Positions 50,031 through 62,203 of a DNA stretch of 64,000 bases are shown piece by piece. Source of the stretch: an uncultured delta proteobacterium (GTDB lineage Bacteria > Myxococcota_A > Polyangia > Fen-1088); the NCBI GenBank assembly GCA_963796685.1, contig CAWCMR010000013.1, positions 288,001-352,000 of the forward strand. Direction: 5' to 3'. Within the stretch, counting starts at the first letter, position 1; each line of letters opens with the position of its first letter. Made by a program: the position numbers and the translations under genes. The notes beneath the pieces are model-generated. The model was not told the origin of the DNA. It made no database searches and saw only the letters and a program-made list of their open reading frames with translations.

Positions 50031-50060
50031 CCACGGCCACGGCCACGACCACGGCCACGA
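50031..50060 (+). repeat. 5x CCACG(G/A) tandem repeat
   Basis: Direct inspection; inverted partial copy GTCGTGGTCG at 50004. Confidence 0.85.
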
Positions 50061-50101
50061 CCTTCTGCGGCTATCGCGGGACTATGACCTCCCTTCATCC
50101 G

Positions 50102-50130
50102 TTGACATGCGGGATTTGCGGCGGTAGTTT
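50102..50130 (+). promoter_or_regulatory. sigma70-type promoter of rpsA
   Basis: TTGACA-17nt-TAGTTT. Confidence 0.7.
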
Positions 50131-50263
50131 TCGCCGCCCTTCGCTAATCCCGATGGTCGGGATGTGCGATGAGAAACAGTTGCCGGGTCGCGCGAGGGGC
50201 GCCGCTGCGATCCGGACCAGCCGACTCACGCGAGTCGCGTTGTTAGCGTTACAAAGGATACTC

Positions 50264-51985
<1,722 letters not shown>

Positions 51986-52027
51986 TTCCGCACCTGCGGG
52001 AAGACGGCCTGGCCGGCGGTGATTCGG

Positions 52028-52901
52028 CTAGGCCGTTTCCTTGTCCTTATCCGACAAGTCCGCCGCGAGCCACGCCGAGATATCGGCCAGCACGGCGTCG
52101 GCTTCGGGTTCGAGGAACATCTCGTGGAACAGCGCGGGATAGTTGCGAATCTCGACGACGGCGCCAGCCTCGCGGGCAAAGGCGAGGTTGGTCTCGTTGG
52201 CGACGATGCGATCGCCACCCGCAACGAGCAACATGGTTGGCACGTCGAGCTTCTTCGCTTGCAGGCGGATGCGCGCTTGAGCGCGCAGGGTGGACATGAA
52301 CCAACCAGTCTGTCGCCACGTGGTGGACCAGGGGATCTTTTTCGAAACCTGCCAACACCAGGGGATTGCGCGATAGGTTCTCGGCGCTGAGCCCATTCGG
52401 CATGGTGAGTGTCGGCATGAGCCGGGCGGCAACATTGGCCGCGGCTCGCTTGGGGACGGAGACGTTCATCTTCAGCTTCAACCAAGGCGCCGCAAGCACC
52501 AGCCGACCAGGTTTCTCTCTTCTGTTCCCATCCAGAACGAAAGCCAGGGCAATCGCGCCGCCCATGCTGTGTCCAAGCAAGGCCCAGGGCTTTTCAGTCG
52601 CTTGCCGGCGCGCCCAGTCGACGACCATGGCCAGGTCTTCGATGTAGTCGTCAAAATCCTCGATATGGCCTCGACGGCCACCGGAGCGTCCATGGCCACG
52701 GCAGTCGAACTGGGTGACGGCCATGCCGGCGGAGGCAAAGGCGGCGCCCACATGGCGATAGAGTCCGCAGTGCGAGGAGTAACCGTGGACCGTGACCATG
52801 GTCAGCCGCGCCTCACCCCGCGGGCGGTAGTGCTCGAGGTGAATCTCGCACCCATCGCGGTGCAGGGAGGTTTCGATGTCCGGAGGTGGTCCTTGCTCCA
52901 T
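52028..52901 (-). CDS. alpha/beta hydrolase (lysophospholipase-like), apparent frameshift at ~52311
   Basis: VHG, FDCRGHGRS, GHSMG; the C-terminal D (GGDRIV) and H (FHEM) lie in a second frame. Confidence 0.85.
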
Positions 52902-52960
52902 CGCGCGTGAATAGCATGGACTCCGCGCTGCAGGCGAATCATAGTCCCACGGCGAAAGCA

Positions 52961-53596
52961 ATGCGCATTTCGGAGATCTACGCCAGCATCCACGGTGAGT
53001 CGCAGTACGCAGGCGTGCCATGTACGCTGGTTCGCACCACGGGGTGCGATCTTCGCTGCGTCTACTGCGACACCCCCTACGCTTTCGTTGGCGGCCAGGC
53101 CATGTCCGTCGACGAAATCGTGGCGGAAGTGAAACGCCTGGGCTTGCCCTTCGTGCTCCTGACCGGGGGCGAGCCCATGTTGCAAGCGGAGATTGCCGTT
53201 TTGGCCGAGCGCCTCTTGTCCGAAGGACATCGGGTGGCGATCGAGACCTCGGGTGCTCACTTGCTCGATAGCCTGCCGGCGGACGTGTTTCGCATCGTCG
53301 ATGTCAAGACGCCGTCGTCGGGGGAATCGCAGCGCGTGCAGTGGAAGGTTCTCGAGGGACTGCGACCGTGCGATGCCGTCAAGTTCGTGCTTACGAACGA
53401 GAGCGACTACCGTTGGTCGGCCGACCATGTGGTTCGGCTTGCGCTCGCAGGGCGGACCGAGGTCCTATTCTCGCCTGTTCACGGCGAGCTCGATCCCAAG
53501 GACCTGGTGGCGTGGATCGTTCGCGATCGACTGCCGGTTCGTGTCAATCTCCAGCTGCACAAATATGTTTGGGGACCGACCACGAGGGGGGTGTAA
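52961..53596 (+). CDS. queE: 7-carboxy-7-deazaguanine synthase (radical SAM)
   Basis: SIHGES, GCDLRCVYCDT, TGGEP, LQLHKYVW. Confidence 0.88.
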   Translation: MRISEIYASIHGESQYAGVPCTLVRTTGCDLRCVYCDTPYAFVGGQAMSVDEIVAEVKRLGLPFVLLTGGEPMLQAEIAVLAERLLSEGHRVAIETSGAHLLDSLPADVFRIVDVKTPSSGESQRVQWKVLEGLRPCDAVKFVLTNESDYRWSADHVVRLALAGRTEVLFSPVHGELDPKDLVAWIVRDRLPVRVNLQLHKYVWGPTTRGV

Positions 53597-53778
53597 CCGA
53601 GCGCACCGAGGTGCTAGGGTGAACCCTACCTTTGCCGTCGACACCGATCCACCGCCTCACCACAACTCTTGGCGTCATTGCCTCTCTTGGGCGCGCGCAT
53701 GCGGCTTACTTTCGGGTTGACTTGGCTCCGTCGATCCTGTTAGCGTCCGGCCGCGTCTCGTGGGCTAACCTATCGAGA

Positions 53779-54651
53779 ATGCTTGGAAAAGGCAAAAGAA
53801 CAAAAGTCGGTTTGAAGGGAATCCTCATCACAATGGGTACTTGCATCGCCGTGCTGTCGGCCCCCGGGTGCGCTACGCGCGCCAAGCGGGATCCCGATCA
53901 GTCCCAGGTGCGCTACCAACTTGCCGTCGGGAATTTTCAAAACCACCGCGACGAGGCCGCCATCGAAGAGTTGCAGAAAGCCATCGCAGCCGACCCGCAA
54001 AACGCGGATGCCTACAACATGCTGGGGCTCATTTCGCTCAAGCAGGCCTACGATTACGGTGCCCAAGCCGATACGGTTTCATGTCTCAAGGGCGCCGACG
54101 AGCAAGACGTGCGCGCCGAGGAGAACCAGAAGCTCCGTGATGCCGAGTCGCGCTTTCGCAAGGCTGTCGAGCTACGCTCCAACTTTCCCGAAGCCTGGAA
54201 CAGTCTGTCCGCCGTAGCGCTTCTTCTCAGCGAATGGGACGAGGCCATTGCCGCTGCCGAAAGTGCGCTGAAAGATCCGACCTACGATTCGCCGGTTTTT
54301 GCCCGCGCCAACCTGGGGTGGGCCTACTTCCACAAGAAGGATCTGCAGAACGCGTGGAAAGAGCTCTACGAGGCTGTGTCGCGGGCTTCGGCGTTTTGCG
54401 TGGGGCGCTACAGGCTGGCCAAAGTCTACTTCGAGCGCGGCGAGCTCGATCAAGCCGTCGAAGTCATCGAACCGCTCATCGCCGATGTCAAGCATTGTCC
54501 CATCCAAGAGGCTTTCCTGTTGGGCGGGCTGTTGCACGAGCGGCTGAAGAATCCAGGAAAGGCGCGGGACTTATTCCGCACCTGTGCGGAGATGTCCCCC
54601 AGAAGCTGCGTAGCCGACGAGTGCAGGCGCTACGCACAGATGATCCAGTGA
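53779..54651 (+). CDS. tgl: Tgl/PilF-like TPR lipoprotein (secretin pilotin)
   Basis: Lipobox APG-C; TPR repeats; DPTY.SP..A..NLGWA; paired Cys residues. Confidence 0.65.
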   Translation: MLGKGKRTKVGLKGILITMGTCIAVLSAPGCATRAKRDPDQSQVRYQLAVGNFQNHRDEAAIEELQKAIAADPQNADAYNMLGLISLKQAYDYGAQADTVSCLKGADEQDVRAEENQKLRDAESRFRKAVELRSNFPEAWNSLSAVALLLSEWDEAIAAAESALKDPTYDSPVFARANLGWAYFHKKDLQNAWKELYEAVSRASAFCVGRYRLAKVYFERGELDQAVEVIEPLIADVKHCPIQEAFLLGGLLHERLKNPGKARDLFRTCAEMSPRSCVADECRRYAQMIQ

Positions 54652-54666
54652 GGAAGGTTCTGGCGA

Positions 54667-55191
54667 ATGGAAACAGTGAACTTCGGCACATTCCTCAAAG
54701 AAGAGCGCGAAAAACGGCAAGTCTCGCTGGCGGACCTTGCCAAGACGACCAAGCTGTCGGTTTCTGCGCTGAAACTGATGGAGGCGGGCAATCTCGACGA
54801 CCTGCCCCCGGACGTTTTCGTTCGCGGGTTCATCCGCTCGTACGCCAAGACCCTGGGTATTTCCAGCAGCGAACCGCTCGGTCTTCTCGACCAGATTCTG
54901 TCCGAGCGGCGCCGTACCGATGAGCCTCCGTTGCTCGTTGCCAGCCGGCCTGTTCGAAGGCAAGGATTGCAGAAGGCCGCCGCCGAGATGCCTATCGAGG
55001 CCGTTGAACCCATCGAAGATGAAGGACAGATTGCGCGGCATGGCATTGGGCTCGCGGTGTTCGTGATCATCGTGCTGCTCATCGCGACCATCACGCTTTC
55101 CCTGTTCCTGCGCCAGCAACCCCAGTCCGGCGAGGGGCTGAGCCTCGATGACGGTGCTGCGTCTTCGCTCACGGCGCCCCGTCTCACCTAG
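54667..55191 (+). CDS. RodZ-like HTH + transmembrane protein
   Basis: FGTFLKEERE...LPPDVFVRGFIRSYAKTLG; C-terminal TM helix. Confidence 0.82.
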   Translation: METVNFGTFLKEEREKRQVSLADLAKTTKLSVSALKLMEAGNLDDLPPDVFVRGFIRSYAKTLGISSSEPLGLLDQILSERRRTDEPPLLVASRPVRRQGLQKAAAEMPIEAVEPIEDEGQIARHGIGLAVFVIIVLLIATITLSLFLRQQPQSGEGLSLDDGAASSLTAPRLT

Positions 55192-55212
55192 CAGAAGCGG
55201 ACGCCTCGTCTC

Positions 55213-55979
55213 GTGAGGCAAGCCATTGTCACGCTCGCCATCGTGCTTCGTCGCGTGGACTACGCGGAAGCGGACATCGTGGTCACCTTGCTCGGCAGCG
55301 AGACCGGACGTGTCTCCGCGTTGGCGCGCGGCGCGAGAAGAGCTCCCGCCGGTTCGCGGGCGGGCTCGGCATGGCTACCAAGGGGGAAGCCAGGCTTCGC
55401 GATCGCACCGGGGCGAATTTGATGGTTCTGGAGTCCTTTGACGCGCGCGACGACCGCGTTGGTCTAGCCTCGGACATCGCCAAGACGGCGCACGCCGCCT
55501 ACGCCATCGAGCTGTGCGACCGCCTCTGTCCGCCGCGCCAGGCAGAGAAGGTGGTCTTCGCGTGGCTCGACGAGTTTCTCGCGCGGTTGAATGTGGAAAT
55601 GGCGACGTCCGAGCGGCTGCGGATCTTCGAGCTGGGGCTTCTGCGCGGCCTCGGCCTTGGGCCGTCGCTGGATCGCTGCGTGGTGTGCGATCGTGGCGCC
55701 TTGGAGGATGAAGATGTGCGCTGGCACCCCGAGCGGGGCGGTGTGGTCTGTCGCAATTGTTCGGGCCGGGGCGACCTCATGAGCGGACGCATCCGTCGGA
55801 CCCTGCAACGGATTGCGACCACCCCTCTGGCCGACGCCGAAGAGCTCGCGCTTGACCGCGACGTCGGGGCGGGGTGCCGCCGGGCCGTGCTTGCTTTGCT
55901 GCGGGAGCACGTGCATGGACCCCTGCGCTCTCTCGATTTCATCGAAAAGATGTCGGGACGCATGTCGGGTTCCCGTTGA
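55213..55979 (+). CDS. recO: DNA repair protein RecO (apparent 1-nt deletion at ~55338)
   Basis: AIVLRRVDYAEAD, ALARGAR/KSSRRF across the frame switch; CVVC..CRNC zinc site. Confidence 0.88.
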
Positions 55980-56014
55980 CTGCCGATGCCATCTCGCTAG
56001 ATTGCCGCCTCACC

Positions 56015-57646
56015 ATGCCAGCGACTTCTCTCGACACCATCGTCAGCCTATGCAAGCGCCGCGGATTCGTGTTCCCGTCTTCGTCGGTCTATGGCGGCCT
56101 CGGCAGCACCTGGGACTACGGGCCGCTGGGCGTCGAGCTGAAGAACAACGTCAAGCGTGCTTGGTGGCGGTCGGTGGTGCACGAGCGCGACGACATGGAA
56201 GGGCTCGATGCCGCGATTTTGATGAATCGCCTGGTGTGGAAGTATTCGGGCCACGAGGCGACGTTCTCCGATCCCATGACCGACTGCCGCGCGTGCAAGG
56301 CACGCCCACGCGCGGATCACGTGTTCGCGGCGCAGAAGGGCCGCGATCCCAAGGGACTGCCTGAGATCAACGCCGCCATCGAGGCCAAGGAGATCGTCTG
56401 CCCGAAGTGTGGCTCGAAGGATCTCACGCCCGCGCGCCCCTTCAATCTCATGTTCCGCACCAGCGTCGGGCCGGTGGATTCCGGCGACGATTCGGGGCTC
56501 GTCTACATGCGGCCCGAAACCGCGCAAGGGATATTCGTCAACTTCGGCAACGTGCTCGACACCATGCGCCGGAAACTGCCCTTCGGCATCGCCCAGATCG
56601 GCAAGGCCTTCCGCAACGAAATCACGCCGGGCAATTTCACTTTTCGCACGCGCGAGTTCGAACAGATGGAGATCGAGTACTTCGTGCGGCCGGGCGAAGA
56701 CGAGGCCGCGCACGAGTCGTGGATCGCGGAACGCACCAACTGGTACCTGAAGCTGGGCATGCGGCAGGAGAACTTGCGCGTGCGCGAGCAAGAAAAGCAC
56801 GAGCTCGCCCACTACGCCAAACGCTGCGTGGATCTGGAATACCGCTTTCCCATGGGTTGGAGCGAGCTAGAAGGCATCGCCAATCGTACCGATTTCGATC
56901 TGAAGGCGCACAGTCGATCGGCCGAGAACCCCGACGCAGTGGGGGAGCTCAAGTACTTCGACCAGGAGCTGAAGAAGCACCTCGTCCCTTACGTCATCGA
57001 GCCCTCGGCAGGCGCCGATCGGGCCACCCTTGCCTTCTTGTGTGACGCCTACGAGGACGCCTTGGTCAAGGAGCCGCCGGTCGAGGAAACCGCCAAGCTA
57101 CGCGAGCTGGTCGAGAGCTTTGCCAAGTCGGTCGGACGCCGCGAAGGCATGGCTGCCGAGGTGAAGCTGCGCTTGGTGGGGGCCGCCGAATCCATCGCGG
57201 CGGGCCTGCCTGGCACGCTTCCACAGCTCATTGGCTTGATGGTGGACTCGGACGCCGCCGCCATCGAGGTCATGAAGAAGGTGCGCGGGGTAGGGGAGAA
57301 GATCGCCGAGGAGCACACCCGGACGGTTCTCCATCTCCACCCACGGCTCGCGCCACTTACCGTGGCGGTCTTCCCGCTCAAACGCAACGATGCTCGACTG
57401 GTCGACATGGCGCGTGGGCTCAAGCGCGATCTGCAACGCAGTGGCGTGCGTGCGGTCTACGACGATACTGGCGCGATCGGCAAACTGTACCGGAGGCAGG
57501 ACGAGATCGGTACACCGTGGTGCGTTACCGTGGATTTTCAGAGCCTGGAAGACCAAACCGTCACCGTTCGCGACCGGGACAGCATGCAACAGGAGCGTCT
57601 CAAGGCGACCGAGCTTCCGCCCACCATCGCTGGCCGCCTGACCTGA
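56015..57646 (+). CDS. glyQS: glycyl-tRNA synthetase, alpha2 (archaeal/eukaryote-like) type, with insertion
   Basis: [59 protein letters not shown]. Confidence 0.95.
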   Translation: MPATSLDTIVSLCKRRGFVFPSSSVYGGLGSTWDYGPLGVELKNNVKRAWWRSVVHERDDMEGLDAAILMNRLVWKYSGHEATFSDPMTDCRACKARPRADHVFAAQKGRDPKGLPEINAAIEAKEIVCPKCGSKDLTPARPFNLMFRTSVGPVDSGDDSGLVYMRPETAQGIFVNFGNVLDTMRRKLPFGIAQIGKAFRNEITPGNFTFRTREFEQMEIEYFVRPGEDEAAHESWIAERTNWYLKLGMRQENLRVREQEKHELAHYAKRCVDLEYRFPMGWSELEGIANRTDFDLKAHSRSAENPDAVGELKYFDQELKKHLVPYVIEPSAGADRATLAFLCDAYEDALVKEPPVEETAKLRELVESFAKSVGRREGMAAEVKLRLVGAAESIAAGLPGTLPQLIGLMVDSDAAAIEVMKKVRGVGEKIAEEHTRTVLHLHPRLAPLTVAVFPLKRNDARLVDMARGLKRDLQRSGVRAVYDDTGAIGKLYRRQDEIGTPWCVTVDFQSLEDQTVTVRDRDSMQQERLKATELPPTIAGRLT

Positions 57647-57728
57647 TTCTACAATCGACCACCTTCGCACGTCTGGCAGCATCGACGGGGCTTTCAATCC
57701 CCGTCGCTCCCTGATAGAAACCCCACCG

Positions 57729-60549
57729 ATGCCAACCAAGAAGAAGACTGGAAGCAAAGCCATGAAACCGACCAAAGCGCGAGCCTCCAAGGCAACCAAG
57801 TCCAAAGCCAAACCACAAGCAGCCGGGAAGCGCATGAAGCGCGTCTATTTCTTCGGCGGCGGCAAGGCCGAGGGTAACAAGGACATGAAGAATCTGCTCG
57901 GCGGCAAGGGTGCCAACCTCGCCGAGATGACCAACATCGGCGTGCCGGTGCCTCCCGGCTTCACCATCACCACCGAGGTGTGCACCGAGTTCAACCAGGC
58001 CGGCGGCAAGCTGCCGAAGGATCTCGACGCCGACGTCAAGCTTGCCGTCGCCAAGATGGAGAAGCTGCTGGGCAAGAAGTTCGGCGATGCTTCGAACCCG
58101 CTCCTCGTCTCGGTCCGCTCGGGCGCGCGCGCCTCGATGCCGGGCATGATGGACACGATCTTGAACCTAGGCCTCAACGACGAGACCGCCGCGGGGTTGG
58201 CCCAGGCCTCGGGCAACGAACGCTTCGCCTACGATTCCTACCGCCGTTTCGTCGCCATGTATGGCGACGTCGTGCTCGAAATGAAGCCCGAGCGCAAGGA
58301 AGACCATGACCCGTTCGAGGTCATTCTGACGGCCAAGAAGAAGGCGGTCGGCGTGAAAGTCGACTCGGAGTTGCCGGCCTCGGCGCTCAAAGAGCTGGTG
58401 GGCGAATTCAAGGCCGCCATCAAGCAGCACAAGGGCATCGACTTCCCGACCAACCCTCTCGACCAGCTCGCCGGCGCCATCAAGGCCGTGTTTCGCAGCT
58501 GGGAGAACGACCGTGCCAAGGTCTACCGCAAGCTCAACAACATCCCCTCGGATTGGGGCACGGCGGTCAATGTGCAGGCCATGGTCTTCGGCAACAAGGG
58601 GAACGACTCGGCCACCGGCGTGTGCTTCACGCGCAATCCGTCGACCGGCGAAAACCTCTTCTACGGCGAGTTCCTGGTCAACGCCCAGGGCGAAGACGTG
58701 GTAGCCGGCATCCGCACGCCTCAGAAGATCGTCGACCTCGAGAAGGACTTCCCGGTTGCGTACAAGCAGCTCTACGAGATTCGCAAGAAGCTCGAAAAGC
58801 ACTACAAGGACATGCAGGACATCGAGTTCACCGTCGAGAACAAGAAGCTGTTCATGCTTCAGTGCCGGAACGGCAAGCGCACCGGCTTTGCCGGCGTGCG
58901 CATCGCGGTCGAGATGGTGGACGAGAAGCTGATCGGCAAGGACGAGGCCCTTCGTCGCGTCGAGCCGGAAGCGCTCAACCAATTGCTCCGTCCGGTCTTC
59001 GACGGCGCTGCCAAGGCCGCGGCGGTCAAAGAAGGCCGCCTGCTCGCCAAGGGTCTGCCGGCGGGTCCTGGTGCCGCCACGGGACAGATTGTGTTCTTCG
59101 CGGAAGACGCCGAGACGTGGGCCGCGCAGGGCAAGACTGTCATCCTGTGCCGTCACGAGACCAGCCCCGAGGACATCCGCGGCATGAACGCGTCGCTGGG
59201 CTTCATCACCGCCTTTGGCGGGATGACCTCGCATGCGGCACTCGTTGCCCGTCAGATGGGCAAGGTGTGCATCGTCGGTTGCGATGCCCTCTCGTTCGAT
59301 TATCACGCCCGCACCATGACCGTGCAGCTCGGCCAAGGGCACGGTGGTTCTCAAGGAAGGCGACTGGGTGTCGCTCGACGGATTCACCGGCGAGTTCATC
59401 AACGGCCGCATCGACACCACGCCGTCGGAAGTCATCCGCGTGCTCATCGAGAAGAACCTCGATCCGAAGCAGGCTCCAGTGTACCAACAGTACAACAAGC
59501 TGATGACCTGGGCCGACGCCGCACGCAAGTTGAAGGTGCGCGCCAACGCCGACCAGCCCGACCAGGCCGAGGCCGCCGTGGCCTTCGGCGCCGAGGGCAT
59601 CGGTCTTTGCCGTACCGAGCACATGTTCTTCGGCGAGGGCAAGATCGGTCCGATGCGCGAAATGATCGTGGCCGAAAACGAGAAGGATCGTCGCGCAGCC
59701 TTGGAGAAGCTGTTGCCGCTGCAGCGGGACGACTTCGCCGGAATCTTCCGTGCCATGGGTAGCCGCCCGGTGACCATCCGGACCCTGGATCCACCGCTGC
59801 ACGAGTTCTTGCCCCACGACGAGGCGGGTGTGCGCGAGCTGGCCCAGGCCACCGGCCGCAGCGTGGAGGCCATCAAGGCACGCATCGCCGACTTGCACGA
59901 GTCGAACCCGATGCTCGGCCACCGTGGCTGCCGCCTCGGTGTCACCTACCCGGAAATCACCGAGATGCAGGCCCGCGCCATTCTCGAGGCGGCCGTCATC
60001 GTCAACAAAGAGGGCATCAAGACCGAGCCCGAAATCATGATTCCGTTCATCGGGACCAAGAAGGAGCTCGACTTGCAGACCGCGGTGGTCCGTGAAACCG
60101 CCGCCAAGGTCATGGCCGAGAGCAAGACCAAGGTGAAGTACATGGTGGGCACCATGATCGAAATCCCGCGCGCCGCCATCACCGCCGACAAGGTCGCCGA
60201 GACCGCCGAGTTCTTCTCGTTCGGTACCAACGACCTGACCCAGACCACCTTCGGTCTGTCTCGTGACGACGTGCCGAAAGTGCTCGCGTCGTACCTCGAC
60301 AAGGAGGTCTACAAGGTGGATCCCTTCGTGTCGATCGATCGCGAGGGCGTCGGCTACCTCATGAAACATGCCGTGACCGCCGGTCGCAAGACCCGCAAGG
60401 ATCTCAAGTGCGGTATCTGCGGCGAGCACGGTGGCGACCCGTCGTCGGTCGAGTTCTGCCACGAAATCGGCCTCAACTACGTGTCCTGCTCGCCGTACCG
60501 CTTGCCGATTGCGCGTCTGGCCGCGGCCCAGGCCGTACTGAAGAAGTAG
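57729..60549 (+). CDS. ppdK: pyruvate, phosphate dikinase (apparent +1 indel at ~59325)
   Basis: [72 protein letters not shown]. Confidence 0.95.
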
Positions 60550-60613
60550 TGACCGGTCGTTCATCACAGGGAACGTGGAACCACCGGAACCGGACATCGG
60601 ACAGGAAATCTTC

Positions 60614-62203
60614 ATGAAAAGATCTCCTGTTCCGCCCGCTCCCACGGTTCTCGTTCTCTTTGTGATGGCGATTGGTGGAGGGTGCAATTTCGGTCAAAGT
60701 GGCATTGCGCCCCCCACCAATCGAGTTTTCTTGCCCGCGGGCATCGCCCCGGACCCCGACGGCAGTTTCCTCTACGTCGTCAACTCGAATTCGGACCTGC
60801 GCTTCAACGCCGGGACGGTGGTCGCGGTCGATTTGGCCCAAGCCGCCTTGGTACGAACCTGTGCCAGCGCGGCCATCGCCAGCGCTGGCCCTGGCGCCTC
60901 CTTGCCAGCGGTATGTCAGTCGGCGCCGGATCCATCTCTCTGGGCTCCACGGCCGGGGTGCGCCAAGACGCGCTTTTCGCGAACCGAGCCCGTATCGGAC
61001 GACTACTGTTGCATCGATCTCGTCGACAGCAACATCCTCAACTGCAACGAACCGCAGTTCATCCAAAGCGATGCCACCATCGAGATCGGCAGCTTCGGCG
61101 GCGCGGTGGAGTTGCAGCGCTACCCGCGCGACGACGGGGAGATCGTTCGTCGACTTTTCGTCGCCGTTCGCGCCGAACCCTCCATTACCTTCGCCGACAT
61201 CACGGTCGACAACGGTGTTGTGTCGATGCGCTGCAAGGGCCCACGGGTGAATGGCCCGGTGCAACCCGAGCGAGGATTTTGCGACGACAATTGGAGGGTT
61301 CGCCGCTCCGGTGGGGATACTCCAGGTGCGCTGGACCTGCCCGAAGAGCCACACGCGCTGGCCCTGGACAGCGCGCTCGGGGCCCTTTACATCGGACACC
61401 TGACGGTGGCCGCCAATGCGGCAATTCAAGGTGGAGGAGTTTCGACCTTGGATATTTGCAATCCCCAAAGTGCATCGTCGGTGCGTTTCGCCGGCCTGGC
61501 GAGCACGACCTTCGTTCCTTCGACCCTGTCGCAGGCCGTTGCGGCGCTGTCGCCGGGCGATCCCGCGTATCCGGCCACCCGTCTTTACGCCACGGCCAGG
61601 TACTCAACGGCCATCAGCGGCATGGTCTTGCGCGCGCCGGCGGACGCCACCTGTGATGAATCGTTGCCGGCGCCGATCGACCGCGATCTTACCCTGGTGG
61701 CGGCCGAGAGCTTCTACTCGTCGGCCTTCTACCCGCGCGGGGCGGATGTCCGAGGCATTCTTTTCTCTGCAGATCACACCCAGGCCTATGTTCTCCACCG
61801 CAACGATGCGGATTCTTCGGCCAATCCGGCTGCGCTGGTCGTGCTCGATCGTCACCCGCTTGCCGATGGCACGCCGGCTAATACCCCTGTTGACATCCTG
61901 GAAGTTTGTGGCGGGCCGACGGCGATGCAGATGCACGACGCCGGTCGGGGCAATCGCATCTACATCACCTGCTATGACGATGGACAGGTCTACGTCGTGG
62001 ATCCGGAGGCGCTCGTGGTGACCTCCATCATCGACGTCGGGGCGGGACCTATCGGGTTGGTCTTCTCGCCACGGGACCCGGGCACCGGCTACATCGCCAG
62101 CTACGCCAACAGCCATCTCTCGGTCATCGATCTGGCACCGGGAAGCCCTACGGAGAACCACGTTGTCATGCGAATCGGTTTGCCACACGGATACGGCGAA
62201 TGA
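60614..62203 (+). CDS. YncE-like beta-propeller lipoprotein
   Basis: Lipobox GGG-C; LYVVNSNSDLRFN.G; YVTN-like repeats (IDVGAGP). Confidence 0.75.
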   Translation: MKRSPVPPAPTVLVLFVMAIGGGCNFGQSGIAPPTNRVFLPAGIAPDPDGSFLYVVNSNSDLRFNAGTVVAVDLAQAALVRTCASAAIASAGPGASLPAVCQSAPDPSLWAPRPGCAKTRFSRTEPVSDDYCCIDLVDSNILNCNEPQFIQSDATIEIGSFGGAVELQRYPRDDGEIVRRLFVAVRAEPSITFADITVDNGVVSMRCKGPRVNGPVQPERGFCDDNWRVRRSGGDTPGALDLPEEPHALALDSALGALYIGHLTVAANAAIQGGGVSTLDICNPQSASSVRFAGLASTTFVPSTLSQAVAALSPGDPAYPATRLYATARYSTAISGMVLRAPADATCDESLPAPIDRDLTLVAAESFYSSAFYPRGADVRGILFSADHTQAYVLHRNDADSSANPAALVVLDRHPLADGTPANTPVDILEVCGGPTAMQMHDAGRGNRIYITCYDDGQVYVVDPEALVVTSIIDVGAGPIGLVFSPRDPGTGYIASYANSHLSVIDLAPGSPTENHVVMRIGLPHGYGE

